Below are positions 36,032 to 48,300 of a stretch of 55,099 bases of DNA, in pieces (position 1 is the stretch's first letter; each line of letters opens with the position of its first letter). The stretch is taken from IMG/VR virus record IMGVR_UViG_3300025543_000032, positions 1-55,099 of that record; one strand, written 5' to 3'. The position numbers were made by a program, and so were the translations under genes. This stretch comes from a virus. Lineage: Duplodnaviria > Caudoviricetes. The notes beneath the pieces were generated by a model. It was not told the DNA's origin. It did no database searches and saw only the letters and a program-made list of their open reading frames with translations.

Positions 36032-39000
36032 TTACCTAGCTGTTTTGGATATTGTGATGTTGAACTCTTTAGCAAACTCTTCATCAAATGATGCTAATAA
36101 AGGTAAAATTGAGTTAGAAACTGGGAATAGCTTCATTGAATTCTTTATTGGCTGTGCTTCTTTTCTAACTTGTTCTGCAGACTTAGTAGGATCAAATAAA
36201 TCAATTCCTGTTGTTTCTTTAAAGAAGTGATTAGTAGCTCTTCCAAAGTCTTCAAACAATCCAATTGCTGGCAGTCCTGAATCTAATGTAGTTGCCATTT
36301 CTGCTGGGTTGTAGAAGAAACTCACCTCACTTATAAACTTATCTACTACTTTTTGAAAGTATCTAAACTTATTTTTTGTTGCTCTATCCTTATCATCATC
36401 TGGTGCCATCCAACCTAAAGCTAAAGCCATACCTAGAAGAGAAGCAAGTAATGCAAGTTCTCTAACTTGATTTCTTAAGTTTAATCTAATCATATCAGAA
36501 AAATCTTCTTTAGTCATATTAAGTGGCTCACCAAATCTTTGCTCATAGTCTCTAGTATACTTATCAAATAACTCATCTATTTTACTAACACCATCTTCTG
36601 ACACTGTAAGAACATCTATAACTTCTTTAACACTTCTTAATATATTAAAGTGTAAGAAATTAGAAAACAATCTAATTCTACCAATGTCATACATCTCACC
36701 AGTAGTCAAACCATCTTCACCTATTTCTACACTAAAGTCATCAGCCACCTTTCTAAACTCACCAAAACGTGTAAGAGCAAGTTTAGGAATCCATCCTTTA
36801 AATACCATTAAAGAACGAAGCCATACATTCATGTTTGCTCTAATGTTATCAAACTCTGTTGCACCACCAGTAGCAGTTCTAGAAAGTGTTCTAGCTACAT
36901 TAGTCAGACGTTGTAGTTCTTCTCTATTACTTAAGTCTAAGCCTGGCACAACAAGCTTACCATCTTCTAGTTTCTTTGTAGCATTAATAGATCTTGTTTT
37001 CTTCAACTCATCAACTTCTTGTTTAATTTTTCCTTTTACTGAGTTGTATTCTTCTGAAGAAGCGTATCTATTTTTATATTTATTCTTTACAAAGTCTCTT
37101 ATATTTACAAGCTTACCGTCTTCAACCATCATGTTATCTAGAAGGGCCATGAATACAGACTTCTCTAGATGTTGTTCAGTTTGTCTAAACCATACAAATA
37201 ATATATCACTATAGTTTTTATCTGTAAGCTTTGACATACCAGCACTCACCATCTTGTCATAAGTAGGATCATCTTTAAGTGGCATAAATTTATCAATAAG
37301 CTGAACAAACATTTTTCGCTCATCATCACTTTTAAATCTATTTCCAAAAAGTCTTGCTTGATATCTAAAAACTTCACTATAATCAAAATATTTTCCTGCA
37401 AGTGCTGCCAATTGTAAGTTACCACCAAAGTAGTTTGCAAGACCTGATATACTTTTAAAACCTAATGCTTTAATTTGAACATATCGATTTAAGAAATCCA
37501 TTATTTTTATAAGTGATCCTGTAGTTTGTTTACTACCTTCTTTTACTGCATCTTGACCTGTAAGACCTCTGGATACAGAATTAATTACTTTTGTAACACC
37601 TTTTGTTACAGTTCCAACAAGTGGCACCTCAACATCAGAATCATCAAGTGCATATTTCTGACCGTATAATACATTTCTAAAAAATTGATCTATAATTTCT
37701 ATGTTATCGTTGTTTCCTTTTTGTTCAATGTTTTTTCCATCTTTAGTAAGAGCCATACTAAACGAAGAAGTCTTTAAATGTTTTTTAAATTGTTCAGCAG
37801 TTTTTACAAGAAGAAGTTGATCTTCTATAGAAGAAAGATATTTGTACTTCTCCATGTGATTAATGTACATTATCATGTTCTTAAATAAGTCTAAACTTAC
37901 ATCAGAATAATCATTAGTACCATCTTCTTTTATACTAAAGTCTGTAGTGTAGTATTTAGGTATAGAGTTTTCTAACTCACCAGTTACTTGATTAATATTT
38001 CCATACCCAACGGTATCAAGCTCTGAAGTAAAGTTAGATTGAAAGTTAGATATGGATCCTAAACTACCATCCCAAGCTAAACTCTCTGCCATACTTTTTC
38101 TTACAAATGGTAGAAAGGTAGATTGTGCTGCATTATTTATATAACCTACATCTCTTGCTTTTGCATTTATATCAGATATAAAATTATAAAGTTCAAATAA
38201 CTCAGGGTCTTTTTTAAGATTAATATATTCTTGACTTTCCCATTTTTCTAATGGATGTCTTTTTATTACATAGTTATTATATCCTCTAAAGTCTACTTTT
38301 GAGATGTCCCACTTTTGATACTCTTGTAGAATAAGTTTTTCTTTTAGTTCTCCATCCTCATAGGTTTTATTAATTCTACGCACACGCTCCTTTAATATTG
38401 GCTTAGCTTCTTTAGCATATGCTTCTAAATCAACATTCTCTTTAAGCCATTTCTTACTTCTCCTACCTTCTTCAGCATTTGCATCAACTTCATCAAAGAA
38501 ATCTCTTTGATATTTATATATAAGTTTATTTGCAATAGCTCCTTTTTTATCTTTTTGATAAATTCCTTCAACTAGCTTTTTTAAATCTCCACCTCTAGCT
38601 TCAAGTTTATTTCTAATTTCAAGAAGCTCATTCACTTCACCTAATGCATCTTCTTGAGCAAAGCCCATTGCACGATTGGCAAGCTTATAAAGAATGTCTA
38701 AAGCTTTCAATCCTATTTCAGATGTTCCTCTAAATAGAGAAGACAAACCTTTTATAATTCTTTCAGGATTCATTAGACCTGTTACAAGGTTACGTTGACC
38801 AATAAACTTATCTGCAAATTCTCCTGAAATCTTAACTATATCCCTTCTAGACTTACGAATAGATGTTGATTGGTCTGTAAGATTTTTAAGTATTTCTTTT
38901 CTGTTAGCAACATCTGCTTTTTCTTCATCAGTTATTGCTTGCTTTTCTAATGTATCATTATATATATAGTCACCGATTCTATCAGCTATTCCACCAAATA

Positions 39001-42000
39001 TATTAGATGAAGCTATGTACTCTCTTAAGTCTGCAGAGAAATTAGAAAGTTCTTCATCTGTTAAATCTTTACTATCTGCTGGTCTACCTTCATATGAAGT
39101 TTTATATTCTGCAATAAGGTTTTGTCCTTCTCTCTGCATAATAGCAATAGCGTCAATCAATGGTCCAATCTGCTGCTGACTCTGAAGAGTTCTAATTGCT
39201 TTATTAATAATATTTGACCTTTCATTTTTAAATGCTCGCTCTTCGTCAGTGTTTGCTTTAGTCTTTGATATTTGATCCTGAATAGCATTTAATTCTTCTA
39301 TCAGTTCATCAAATGCTTCAACTCCTGTACTTTCAGACCTTTCTGATACAGGTGTAATTGTAAGAGGTTCTATTTGTGTTGGATTTACAGATCCAATTTT
39401 TATACCTTTTATCTGTAACTTACTAGTATTATCTTGAGGATTTTCTCTCTTAAGATCCATGATGATAGGAACAGCTCTGTTCTTACCCATTCTTTTTATA
39501 CCGTAGTTATCAAGTAATATCTTTTTATATGTACCAAGCTGTATATCATATGCCCCTTGTTTAAACCAAGCAACATCTTCAGCACCTTTAGCAACACTCA
39601 TAAACTTCCAGTCATATATATTTGCTGTACCATCTTGATCAACAATCAACAAGTCAATTGTACCTGCTTCTTTGTTTTTAGCATCGTATATCATTAATTC
39701 AGAAAAGACTAAAGGGTTCTTACCATTTTCTGAAAATGATGCAATAAGATCTGTGTAGTAGGTTTCTAATTTATCATATATTTGACTGTCAACACTATTT
39801 GAGAAGGTAGGTTTTGGACCAGGGTTAGCTCTTCTTGTACCATCACTATTAAAAAATCTATTGTGTATATCTAAATCAAAGAAGTCGTGGTATTTAGTAC
39901 CTAATACACGTTTCACTTCATTATCTTTATCCTGTTGAGCAGTAAATCCACCAGTACCAAAACGTGACTTATACCAAGCCTTCACTCTATCAGTCACTCT
40001 AGGGACTCTTTTATACTTACCATCAACAAGAACCTCGTAGTGATTTGTAGCTTTCTTCTCACCTCCTAATAAAGGGTCTGCTTTTTCTTCACTCTCTATC
40101 TTCCTCAACATAGGCTTGTCACCACCAATAATTTCTTCCACCTTTCTTTGAAATGCTTTTTGTGGATCTGTAAGTTGATAGTAGATTTCTTTGCTGTCTA
40201 AGTCAACAACACTTCCTTCAAACTCACCACCTATTACTGTCTCTGCTGTTGTAGAGAATATATCAATGTTTGCTTTCTTATACTGTCCTCTAAACCAATC
40301 AGTTATCATATCCCACATTCTTCTAAAGATAGACTGGTCAGCTTCTTCTAATGATGTATCACCTAATATAATAGATGTAATCATTTTATCTACTGCCTCT
40401 TTCTTTATTTTACGAATGTTTGGTTTACCGTTCTCTAATTGATATGCAGGTAAATCTTTATAAGCTTCTAGTGTGTCCTTATATATTTTAAACCTACCTA
40501 TCTTAGATATCATCTCTGTAACAAGCTCAGGATTCTTTTGCTCAATAATAGCTGTAGCAATATGCACCATCTCCTCTGTAAGAGCAACATCCTCTTTACC
40601 TTCAGCAATAGCAATTACACCAGCTGTAAGATCAGCTACAGCATTAACAGAAGACTCATCAATAGCAGGGTTTTGTCTTGCATAATCGGTAAGTGGTTGT
40701 ACATCAACACCCATCTTTTTAATCACTTCTTTCACCTTATTAAGCATTTCAGAAGATGCTTTCGTAATAGGTTGTTCAGTTTGCTTTTGGAAGAGTATAG
40801 TTTCATTAGCTTGTGCAGGAGCAATTAGTACTTCGTTCCAAGTGTTATTATACTCATCCTTAATCTCTACAGGATTGTAACCATTCTTTTTAAGAATGTT
40901 AGTAATGTTATTTTCATAGAAATTAGAAATACTACTTAATTGATTTTTACCAGATTCTACATCAGCAAGTTCTTGTTTAAGAGTTTTTAATTCGTTTTCT
41001 TTTAAAGTTAAACCTCTTTTTAAATCTGTTTTGTACTCATTTTCACTAATTGGTTTTAATACACCAAATGGATCATTTATCTCTCCTATATAAAATTTAT
41101 TATCTTCTTTTACATATTTAAAAGAACCAAAAATTCCTTTATCTAAATCTTTAATTTCTTGTTCTAAAATTTTAATTCTACTTTCTTTCTGCTTTCTAAA
41201 CTCTTCTAAAGTTTGCATTCCTTCAATCTTAGAAGCAGTGTTTCCTTTAGGAAATAAGACTCTTTCATATCTTTTCTTAGCACTATCTTGTATAATAGAT
41301 TTAACAAAGAATGTTACCCAATTACCTTTTTGATTAAGTAGTTGTAGGAATTGATTCTTTTTTGATAATTCTTTAGGTTGTTGTTTAATAGGAGCTTTAC
41401 TTTCATACTCTTCTTTAGTTATAGAAATAGCTTTTGAAAATTGTCCCACTCCTTTTTTTAATTTAATATATTCACCAGGTCTTTGATTTTTATATACATA
41501 CTCAGTATCTTCAAATTTATTATCAAAATATTTAAATCCTCCAACTAAATCTTTTTTATCCCTACCTTTCTGAAATAAATCAGATTGTACTTCTAGTATT
41601 CTACGAGTTTTAGTAACAATTCCCCCTGAACTTCCTTCATGTTTTTGAACATATTGAGATGTCCCTCCCCATCCTTCATATTCAACTTCATATTCTTCTA
41701 AAGTACTATCTATTGTTTTATCATCACTTCTAAACCATCCTATACCATTATCAGTACTAAATCGAGCATGACCTTTTATATTAGGTGTAATATCAGGTGT
41801 AGTTATTTCATTCTCTGTATAATTAGTACCACCTGGAACTGTTAGGTTAGAATAGTATTGAGTAGGTTTATTTTCTCTATAAAGTTTGACAATGTTTCCC
41901 CATTCTTCTTTAGAAATTTGTTTACCGTTTTTAAAATATTCTCTATAAGTATTTTTGTGATTAGTTGTTATTTCATCACCATTATAATTAAAATCTTTAA

Positions 42001-42385
42001 AAGTAAATAAAGTATCAGTTCTTTCGTTGCTAATATTAACCTCAACAATAAAACTATTCTCAGCTAATAAAGATGTAATAATTTCTTCTCTGTCAGTAAT
42101 ACCTTTATTTAATATAATTTCTTTTTGATCTTTAGGTACTTGAAGTTCTGTTAAGGTTTTATCTAAAGTCCAGTTATTCTTTTCACCTTTAGCAAACATT
42201 TGTTTAGCTTTTTGTGAACTAAGAATGTCTATAGATTTTATACTAGCTCTTAAAATAGCTTGTTTACTTTCTGATTGGGGAACTTCACCATTGTAAGTGT
42301 CCCATAAGAAATAAGCCATGTTTTCTCCTCTAGAAGCTACTAGTTCCTTCCATTGTGGTAAGTTTATATTTGGACATGTTGCCAT
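36032..42385 (-). CDS. 2117-aa virion-packaged polyvalent protein with PD-(D/E)xK nuclease-like domain
   Basis: AGTIDLL..IYDWKF..QLGTY; zincin-like LTEEMVH; RILEVQSD module; coupled to the vRNAP gene. Confidence 0.7.
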   Translation of the reverse strand: MATCPNINLPQWKELVASRGENMAYFLWDTYNGEVPQSESKQAILRASIKSIDILSSQKAKQMFAKGEKNNWTLDKTLTELQVPKDQKEIILNKGITDREEIITSLLAENSFIVEVNISNERTDTLFTFKDFNYNGDEITTNHKNTYREYFKNGKQISKEEWGNIVKLYRENKPTQYYSNLTVPGGTNYTENEITTPDITPNIKGHARFSTDNGIGWFRSDDKTIDSTLEEYEVEYEGWGGTSQYVQKHEGSSGGIVTKTRRILEVQSDLFQKGRDKKDLVGGFKYFDNKFEDTEYVYKNQRPGEYIKLKKGVGQFSKAISITKEEYESKAPIKQQPKELSKKNQFLQLLNQKGNWVTFFVKSIIQDSAKKRYERVLFPKGNTASKIEGMQTLEEFRKQKESRIKILEQEIKDLDKGIFGSFKYVKEDNKFYIGEINDPFGVLKPISENEYKTDLKRGLTLKENELKTLKQELADVESGKNQLSSISNFYENNITNILKKNGYNPVEIKDEYNNTWNEVLIAPAQANETILFQKQTEQPITKASSEMLNKVKEVIKKMGVDVQPLTDYARQNPAIDESSVNAVADLTAGVIAIAEGKEDVALTEEMVHIATAIIEQKNPELVTEMISKIGRFKIYKDTLEAYKDLPAYQLENGKPNIRKIKKEAVDKMITSIILGDTSLEEADQSIFRRMWDMITDWFRGQYKKANIDIFSTTAETVIGGEFEGSVVDLDSKEIYYQLTDPQKAFQRKVEEIIGGDKPMLRKIESEEKADPLLGGEKKATNHYEVLVDGKYKRVPRVTDRVKAWYKSRFGTGGFTAQQDKDNEVKRVLGTKYHDFFDLDIHNRFFNSDGTRRANPGPKPTFSNSVDSQIYDKLETYYTDLIASFSENGKNPLVFSELMIYDAKNKEAGTIDLLIVDQDGTANIYDWKFMSVAKGAEDVAWFKQGAYDIQLGTYKKILLDNYGIKRMGKNRAVPIIMDLKRENPQDNTSKLQIKGIKIGSVNPTQIEPLTITPVSERSESTGVEAFDELIEELNAIQDQISKTKANTDEERAFKNERSNIINKAIRTLQSQQQIGPLIDAIAIMQREGQNLIAEYKTSYEGRPADSKDLTDEELSNFSADLREYIASSNIFGGIADRIGDYIYNDTLEKQAITDEEKADVANRKEILKNLTDQSTSIRKSRRDIVKISGEFADKFIGQRNLVTGLMNPERIIKGLSSLFRGTSEIGLKALDILYKLANRAMGFAQEDALGEVNELLEIRNKLEARGGDLKKLVEGIYQKDKKGAIANKLIYKYQRDFFDEVDANAEEGRRSKKWLKENVDLEAYAKEAKPILKERVRRINKTYEDGELKEKLILQEYQKWDISKVDFRGYNNYVIKRHPLEKWESQEYINLKKDPELFELYNFISDINAKARDVGYINNAAQSTFLPFVRKSMAESLAWDGSLGSISNFQSNFTSELDTVGYGNINQVTGELENSIPKYYTTDFSIKEDGTNDYSDVSLDLFKNMIMYINHMEKYKYLSSIEDQLLLVKTAEQFKKHLKTSSFSMALTKDGKNIEQKGNNDNIEIIDQFFRNVLYGQKYALDDSDVEVPLVGTVTKGVTKVINSVSRGLTGQDAVKEGSKQTTGSLIKIMDFLNRYVQIKALGFKSISGLANYFGGNLQLAALAGKYFDYSEVFRYQARLFGNRFKSDDERKMFVQLIDKFMPLKDDPTYDKMVSAGMSKLTDKNYSDILFVWFRQTEQHLEKSVFMALLDNMMVEDGKLVNIRDFVKNKYKNRYASSEEYNSVKGKIKQEVDELKKTRSINATKKLEDGKLVVPGLDLSNREELQRLTNVARTLSRTATGGATEFDNIRANMNVWLRSLMVFKGWIPKLALTRFGEFRKVADDFSVEIGEDGLTTGEMYDIGRIRLFSNFLHFNILRSVKEVIDVLTVSEDGVSKIDELFDKYTRDYEQRFGEPLNMTKEDFSDMIRLNLRNQVRELALLASLLGMALALGWMAPDDDKDRATKNKFRYFQKVVDKFISEVSFFYNPAEMATTLDSGLPAIGLFEDFGRATNHFFKETTGIDLFDPTKSAEQVRKEAQPIKNSMKLFPVSNSILPLLASFDEEFAKEFNITISKTAR

Positions 42386-45300
42386 TAGCCTTTACATTTT
42401 TTATTAATTATTTCTCCAGCTTGCTCATCAGTGAATCCAGAGTTCTTCAAGCTCTCAGCAGTTATTATTGATTTTGCAAACATTCTGCCATTTACAATTA
42501 TTCTATCTTTTGTAACAGTTATTTCTAGCGGTCCTGTGATAGCTTTATTATACTTTGAAGTTTGTGTTGTATTTTCATACACTGCTACTATTTGACCATC
42601 TGTCACCTCATCCACCTTCATCATACCATTATCAATAATAGATTGCTTAGCTTCTGAATAGAACTCATTAGCTCTAAAGCTATCTCCAAAAGCATTTATT
42701 GCTTTGTATATAGGATATCTTCTGCCTTTTTTATCTTCTGTAAAAATTGGATCTCCATCTACATCTTTTACTATCTTAAACAAACCTTTATTTCTATAAG
42801 AATAGTCACCTTGTTTGCGCATTCTATTTCTCTCTTCTCTTGAAATTTCATAATTAGTCCATGTAAACACTTGATATTCCTTGTTAAAATCATTACCAGT
42901 AACAAGTTGAGGAATCTCATTTGCCCTCATAGCGTTCTTTAAGTTGTTATAACCACTAAATCCTAAAGAGGGATAGAAGGGACCGTACTCTCCAAACCTA
43001 AGATACAGTTCTTTGTTTGGAACTATATCATCGTTATTCCAATTGTTTCTTTGGAATATACCAAGCTCATAGAAGTCGTCTAAATTACTTAAATTTTCTA
43101 TCTTAGGCAAAGTTTTATTGTATATTCTTGCGAAGTCCTCATAAGGAATGAGTGATGTAAATGATATAGGTGAACTACTAAGTCCTGACTGCAGAATAGC
43201 TAGAGTAACTATCTTATCATACAAGTTTGTCTTATCTTTAAGATGATCTCTTAAATCACGGAAAGCATATATAATATTATTTTGATCATATGCTTTACTA
43301 TCTGTATTTTTAAGAGATACATTACTTGGTGTAGTTTCACCGCCAAGTCTAGAAGGTTGCACTTGAAGAAGATCAATTACATGATTATAATATAAAGCGT
43401 GCTCTACATCTTTCTTAACTTCATCAATAAACGAAACCACTTCAGAAGCTACACCTTTATCTGAAAGAAGTGTTTGTTGTATCTGTAAGTTAAGTCCTTG
43501 GTCTGTTTGTACAGCCCAGTCAAATAAATCGTTTACAGCTTTTCTACCCACTGAAATAAATTTTCTATCTGGTAAACTAGTATAAGGTTTAAGAACTTTT
43601 CTTATTACATTTCCAACATTTCCTCTATCTGATAAAATAAAGTTTGAAAGAGCTTCTACAGAGTCATTTAGTTTACTAGCTTGATTTCTAATAAAAGAAT
43701 TTGACAATATTGCTTCTGCAGCAGGTACAGTTTCTCCATCTACATTTTTTGAAGAAAGTATGCTGTCTTTTGCTTTATTGAATTGCTCATTCTTTTTAAA
43801 TACAAGTAACGAATCATTAAACCTTGATGTGTCCCAATTAGTACCTTGTGTAACTGTGTATAATTGATTAGCCATCTTAGCATACTTTAAAAACTCTTGA
43901 AGCATAAACACTTGCTCTAGGTTCTCTTTATCAGTAAATTCTGTTTTACCTAAAGAGTTAAGTAGGGAAGCTTTACTAGGTATTTGTGTAGGTAATTTCT
44001 TTTCTTGAGCTTCTGTCAACCCTCCATATTCTTCTATAGTTTGATTTATAAAATCATCTATAAATAAGAACTTATATCCTGCATTCTCAACTGATTGTAA
44101 ATAGTCACGAATGATTGGTTGGTTCATAAAGTAGGCTATAGTATCAATAGGTACTCCTAAATGTGTAAGAAACATAAATGTTGCTGCTACATTTGGTGTA
44201 GCACCCATCTCCATAATCCATGGACCTTTAGATATATCTACATAACCATCAATAAACTGTCCAAGTATATCAGAAATAAGCTGACCTGCTGCATTATACA
44301 CACCAGATAATGATGGGTATTCTTGTCCATCTATTGTAACCTTATTATATTTTTGAAATGTAATCTTACCATCACCTAAGTATTTTTGATCTTGATAATC
44401 TACATTTTTTAATTTATCACTATCAATAAATACAGGAGATCTTTGAAGAAGAGAATGTATAGTTTGTTGAACAGCAGCAATACCAATAGCTTGTTTACCT
44501 GCTACAAAAGCTTGTCTTAACCTAGACATAAATCTTCTGTCAAGCATGTTATCTATATTAGTGTAATCAAACTCTTTACCTATTACTTTCTCAACAATAG
44601 TTTTAGATATACCTTTTAATTGTTCAGCAGAGTTAGGTGTGGTAAGTCTTTCAAAGTTTGCTGGATGAGTTACTAGGTTTTCAGAAGACTGGATAAACTC
44701 ATTCTCTAGAGATTGCTTATACATTCTATTAACAACTGCATCTCTTACACCATCTTTCTTTAGTTCTTCAACTAATGTAGTTAGAGCATCTTCATCTTGA
44801 CTTACACCAAGAGTTTCAAACAATACACCAGCTTTTTCATCTTTAGCTAAATCAAGCATTCCAGTTAACTCATAACCTTTTAGCTCTTGTAAGTCCTTTA
44901 GTTGTTTTTGTTGATCCTTGTTAAATAACTTACCACTATCAAACATAGCAGCAAACTTATCTTTAGCTTGTTGTCCAAATCCGTAGAAAGAAACAAGTTT
45001 AAGTTTACCATCTTCGTAAAATACATTTTTAAGGTAGACTGAAAGTTTATCAATATCAAAGTCACTTCCCACCTTCTTAACAATAGCAGCAGGTACAACC
45101 ACGTTATCTCCAAACTCTTTTGGTAAAAACTTTTTTATTCTAATCGCATCAATAGAGTTTTGTTTCTGTGTAGGAATACGAAAAGCTAATCCAGATAATA
45201 TCTTTTGTCCTTCTTCTGTATTGTTTAAATATTCAAGAAGTTCTGCATCAGACATGTTACTTTGGAACCAACGTCCCACCATAATCTCCATTGTAGTTGT

Positions 45301-48300
45301 TTTTAAATCATTAACAGGAATATTTTCTTCTTTACCTGTTTCTGTATTTAATACTTTATAAGTTCCGTTTTTATTATCTTCTAAAAACTTAACTTCTTTT
45401 CCATCTTTTGTTAAACTGTAAAAACCTAATACATCAGATGTATATCCTTCTTTACCATTAATTTTTGTCTTAGCTATACGATTAGATTCAAACAGTGCTG
45501 AAGGTATCTGTACCTTTTGTCCACCACTTATCTTAGGACGAACAATTTGCTTATCTACAATAGAATATAGAATGTTTCTAACTTGCTGATATGCAGGAGT
45601 AGCTTCAAGAACTGCCTCTCCTTCTGAAAACGCTGATACAGCATCACTAATATTATCATTAGTTTCTCTTCTAAACACTTCATCACGAATTGTTTTAGCA
45701 GCTTCTGAAAAATCTTCAACAACAAGTTCACCATCTTGTTCTTTGATACCTAAACGCTTTAACATCATTTGATATCCTTCATTAGTCATCTCTTCAAGAA
45801 GACGCTGATTGTTAGCAATCTCTTTATATATTGGAGACTTAGCAATCTTTTGCTCAGGAGATAATTTTATCCAACTATCAAGACTATCTTTATAATCAAA
45901 TGGAACTCCATTATCCATGTAGTCCATAGTGATAAGTTTAGTAGTTTGAGATCCTCGTGTTACCAATGCAGCTTCTTTAGAAGGCACATCACTCTGTAAA
46001 CTCATTATAGAAAATGGTACATCCACTACAGATTTATATTCTGCATCATTAAACACAGCAATACCTTCACCAGTTTGTTGTGTAGATTCAACGTATGTAG
46101 CATGAGAGTTTTCAGCTCCCACCTTTCTACCAGAATCAAACACAATATAGTCTATGTTCTCATCCTGCATCTTGTTGTAAAGCTTAACTCCATTACCTGC
46201 ATCAAGCTCTTTCATCACTCTATAAGAAAGAGGATACAATGCATACTTATCAAGTACAACATTATTATATGTGTATCCTAACTTAGCTCCTGATACAATA
46301 GGTTTTAGAGAGACATAAGCACTCTGTACTGCAGGGTTACCTTCTTTTAAAAGTGCCACCTCATCTTTAGACAGTGTTATTTTCTTATCACGCTTTTCAT
46401 AAGCTTTCTTATCACGCTTTTCATAAGCAATGTCATATCTATATTGCTTCTCTTCATTATCATTCCACTCACCAGCTCTGATTCTAAAGTTACGATATGC
46501 TTTAAAAGATATAATACCACCACCATCAGTTTCTTTAAAGCTCTCATAGTTTGGTAAATCAATAACACCTACAACATCTTGATGTGATGCTGTACGCATA
46601 TAGTCTTGTGTGAAGTTGGTATATCCAATATCACCCTTTTCAAAACCTTCATTCCACACTTTATTAAGTGTTGTATTTGCTTTAGGTGAATTATTAAAAA
46701 GAGCTTGTCTTGGAGATAGGAAACTCTTAGTACGCTTTAGCTCATCTTTGTATTGGTAAGGATCTGAATAAAGAACTTTGTGCACCTCAATGTTAGCAAT
46801 CATGTAATTAATACTCATTGCTGCCATCTCTCTTGTTAGCTCTCTTGGATCAAACTCTTTACGTGATCCTACATTTTCTAATATAAATTTGTTGCCTGTT
46901 TCGTTTTTAATAAGTATTCCATATCTAGTTAAATATTCCTGCATTCTAGATATGTCACTCTGAATGTAACTAGAAATAGCTTGGTTTATTTCATCTTTAT
47001 ACATTGCATATACTTCTTCGGATGTTTTATCAGCGGTAATTATTTTATTATGTAAACTATCACCAAGAATACCTTTAAAGAAACGTAAGTCTTTACTATC
47101 CCTACCTTTAACAACTGGACGATCTTTTTTAGAAAGCTCTAGTTCTGATAGGAAGTATCCTTTAAAGACTTGGTTTACATCAACCAATCCTCTTGCAATA
47201 TCATTAGCAGATATTACATTACCCATATATAACATATGTTCCATACCTGCATCTCCTGGTACAAGGTTTAGATAATAACCTTCTTTGTTTAGATTTAACT
47301 CTTGAACTATTCTTTGTTTTTGAGTGAGTCTAGCAGAAGGTGTAATTCTACCTTTAGTTTCATCAATTATACCTCCAACGTATCCACCTTTAAGTAGGTT
47401 GTTTGCACCTGATCTTTTTTTACCAGTTTTAGAATCAAACATTCTACTAATAATAGTAGAGCCTTGAGTAAATACATCTTTAAGAAGGTACTCATATTGT
47501 GTTCCTGCTAACTCATTTATATTATTTATATTATCAAGTGTATTGTGTAATTCAGAAGCTGCATTCACCCCAAGGAAAGTTTGTACACGTTCTCCCTGTA
47601 AGTTAAAATATGTACTGCTAAATTCTGGATTAGAAACAGCTGTTTTTAATTCAGCTAATTGTAAAAGACGTTTATTAATATCTAAAGATACTGCAGAGAA
47701 AGTTTTCACCTCATCTGTTTTCTCAATACTTTCTTTAATCCCTTCTACAATAGTTTTAAAGTTTTGTGTATTCTTTCCTAACTTATTATATTCTTCACCG
47801 CTAAACTGTATACCTAGGGTTGATAAAAACTTAGTATAGTCTCTAGGAAGACGTAAGGTAACTTTTCCTAACTTCTTTTTATTAGGTGTATATGAACCTT
47901 TCTTTTCATTATATGTAAAGTAACTCTTACCTGATTTTGATAATACAGCTATAGATCGTACATATTCATTTCTAAGTTGGTTAGCTCCACTAGATAAAGT
48001 TGCATCACCCACTGCCACTTCACCATTTGAAAATATAAATATATTCTTTACATCTGAAGCTTGCTTCTTAAATGTCTTCCACATCCCTGTGATGAGATCC
48101 ATTTTGTTTGTTGACTTTATATTTTTAAAATCAACATCACCATCAGAAAAGTCGTTACCAGTTAATCTCTTATATAAAGTTCTGTATGTAGCATCACTTA
48201 CCGCCATGTCTGCTAACCTATTTAACATATCATCAGGGCTTGTAGAAGTGTGTAACTTGTTCATCAATGTGATGTACATCTTACTTACTGGGTTGAGTAG

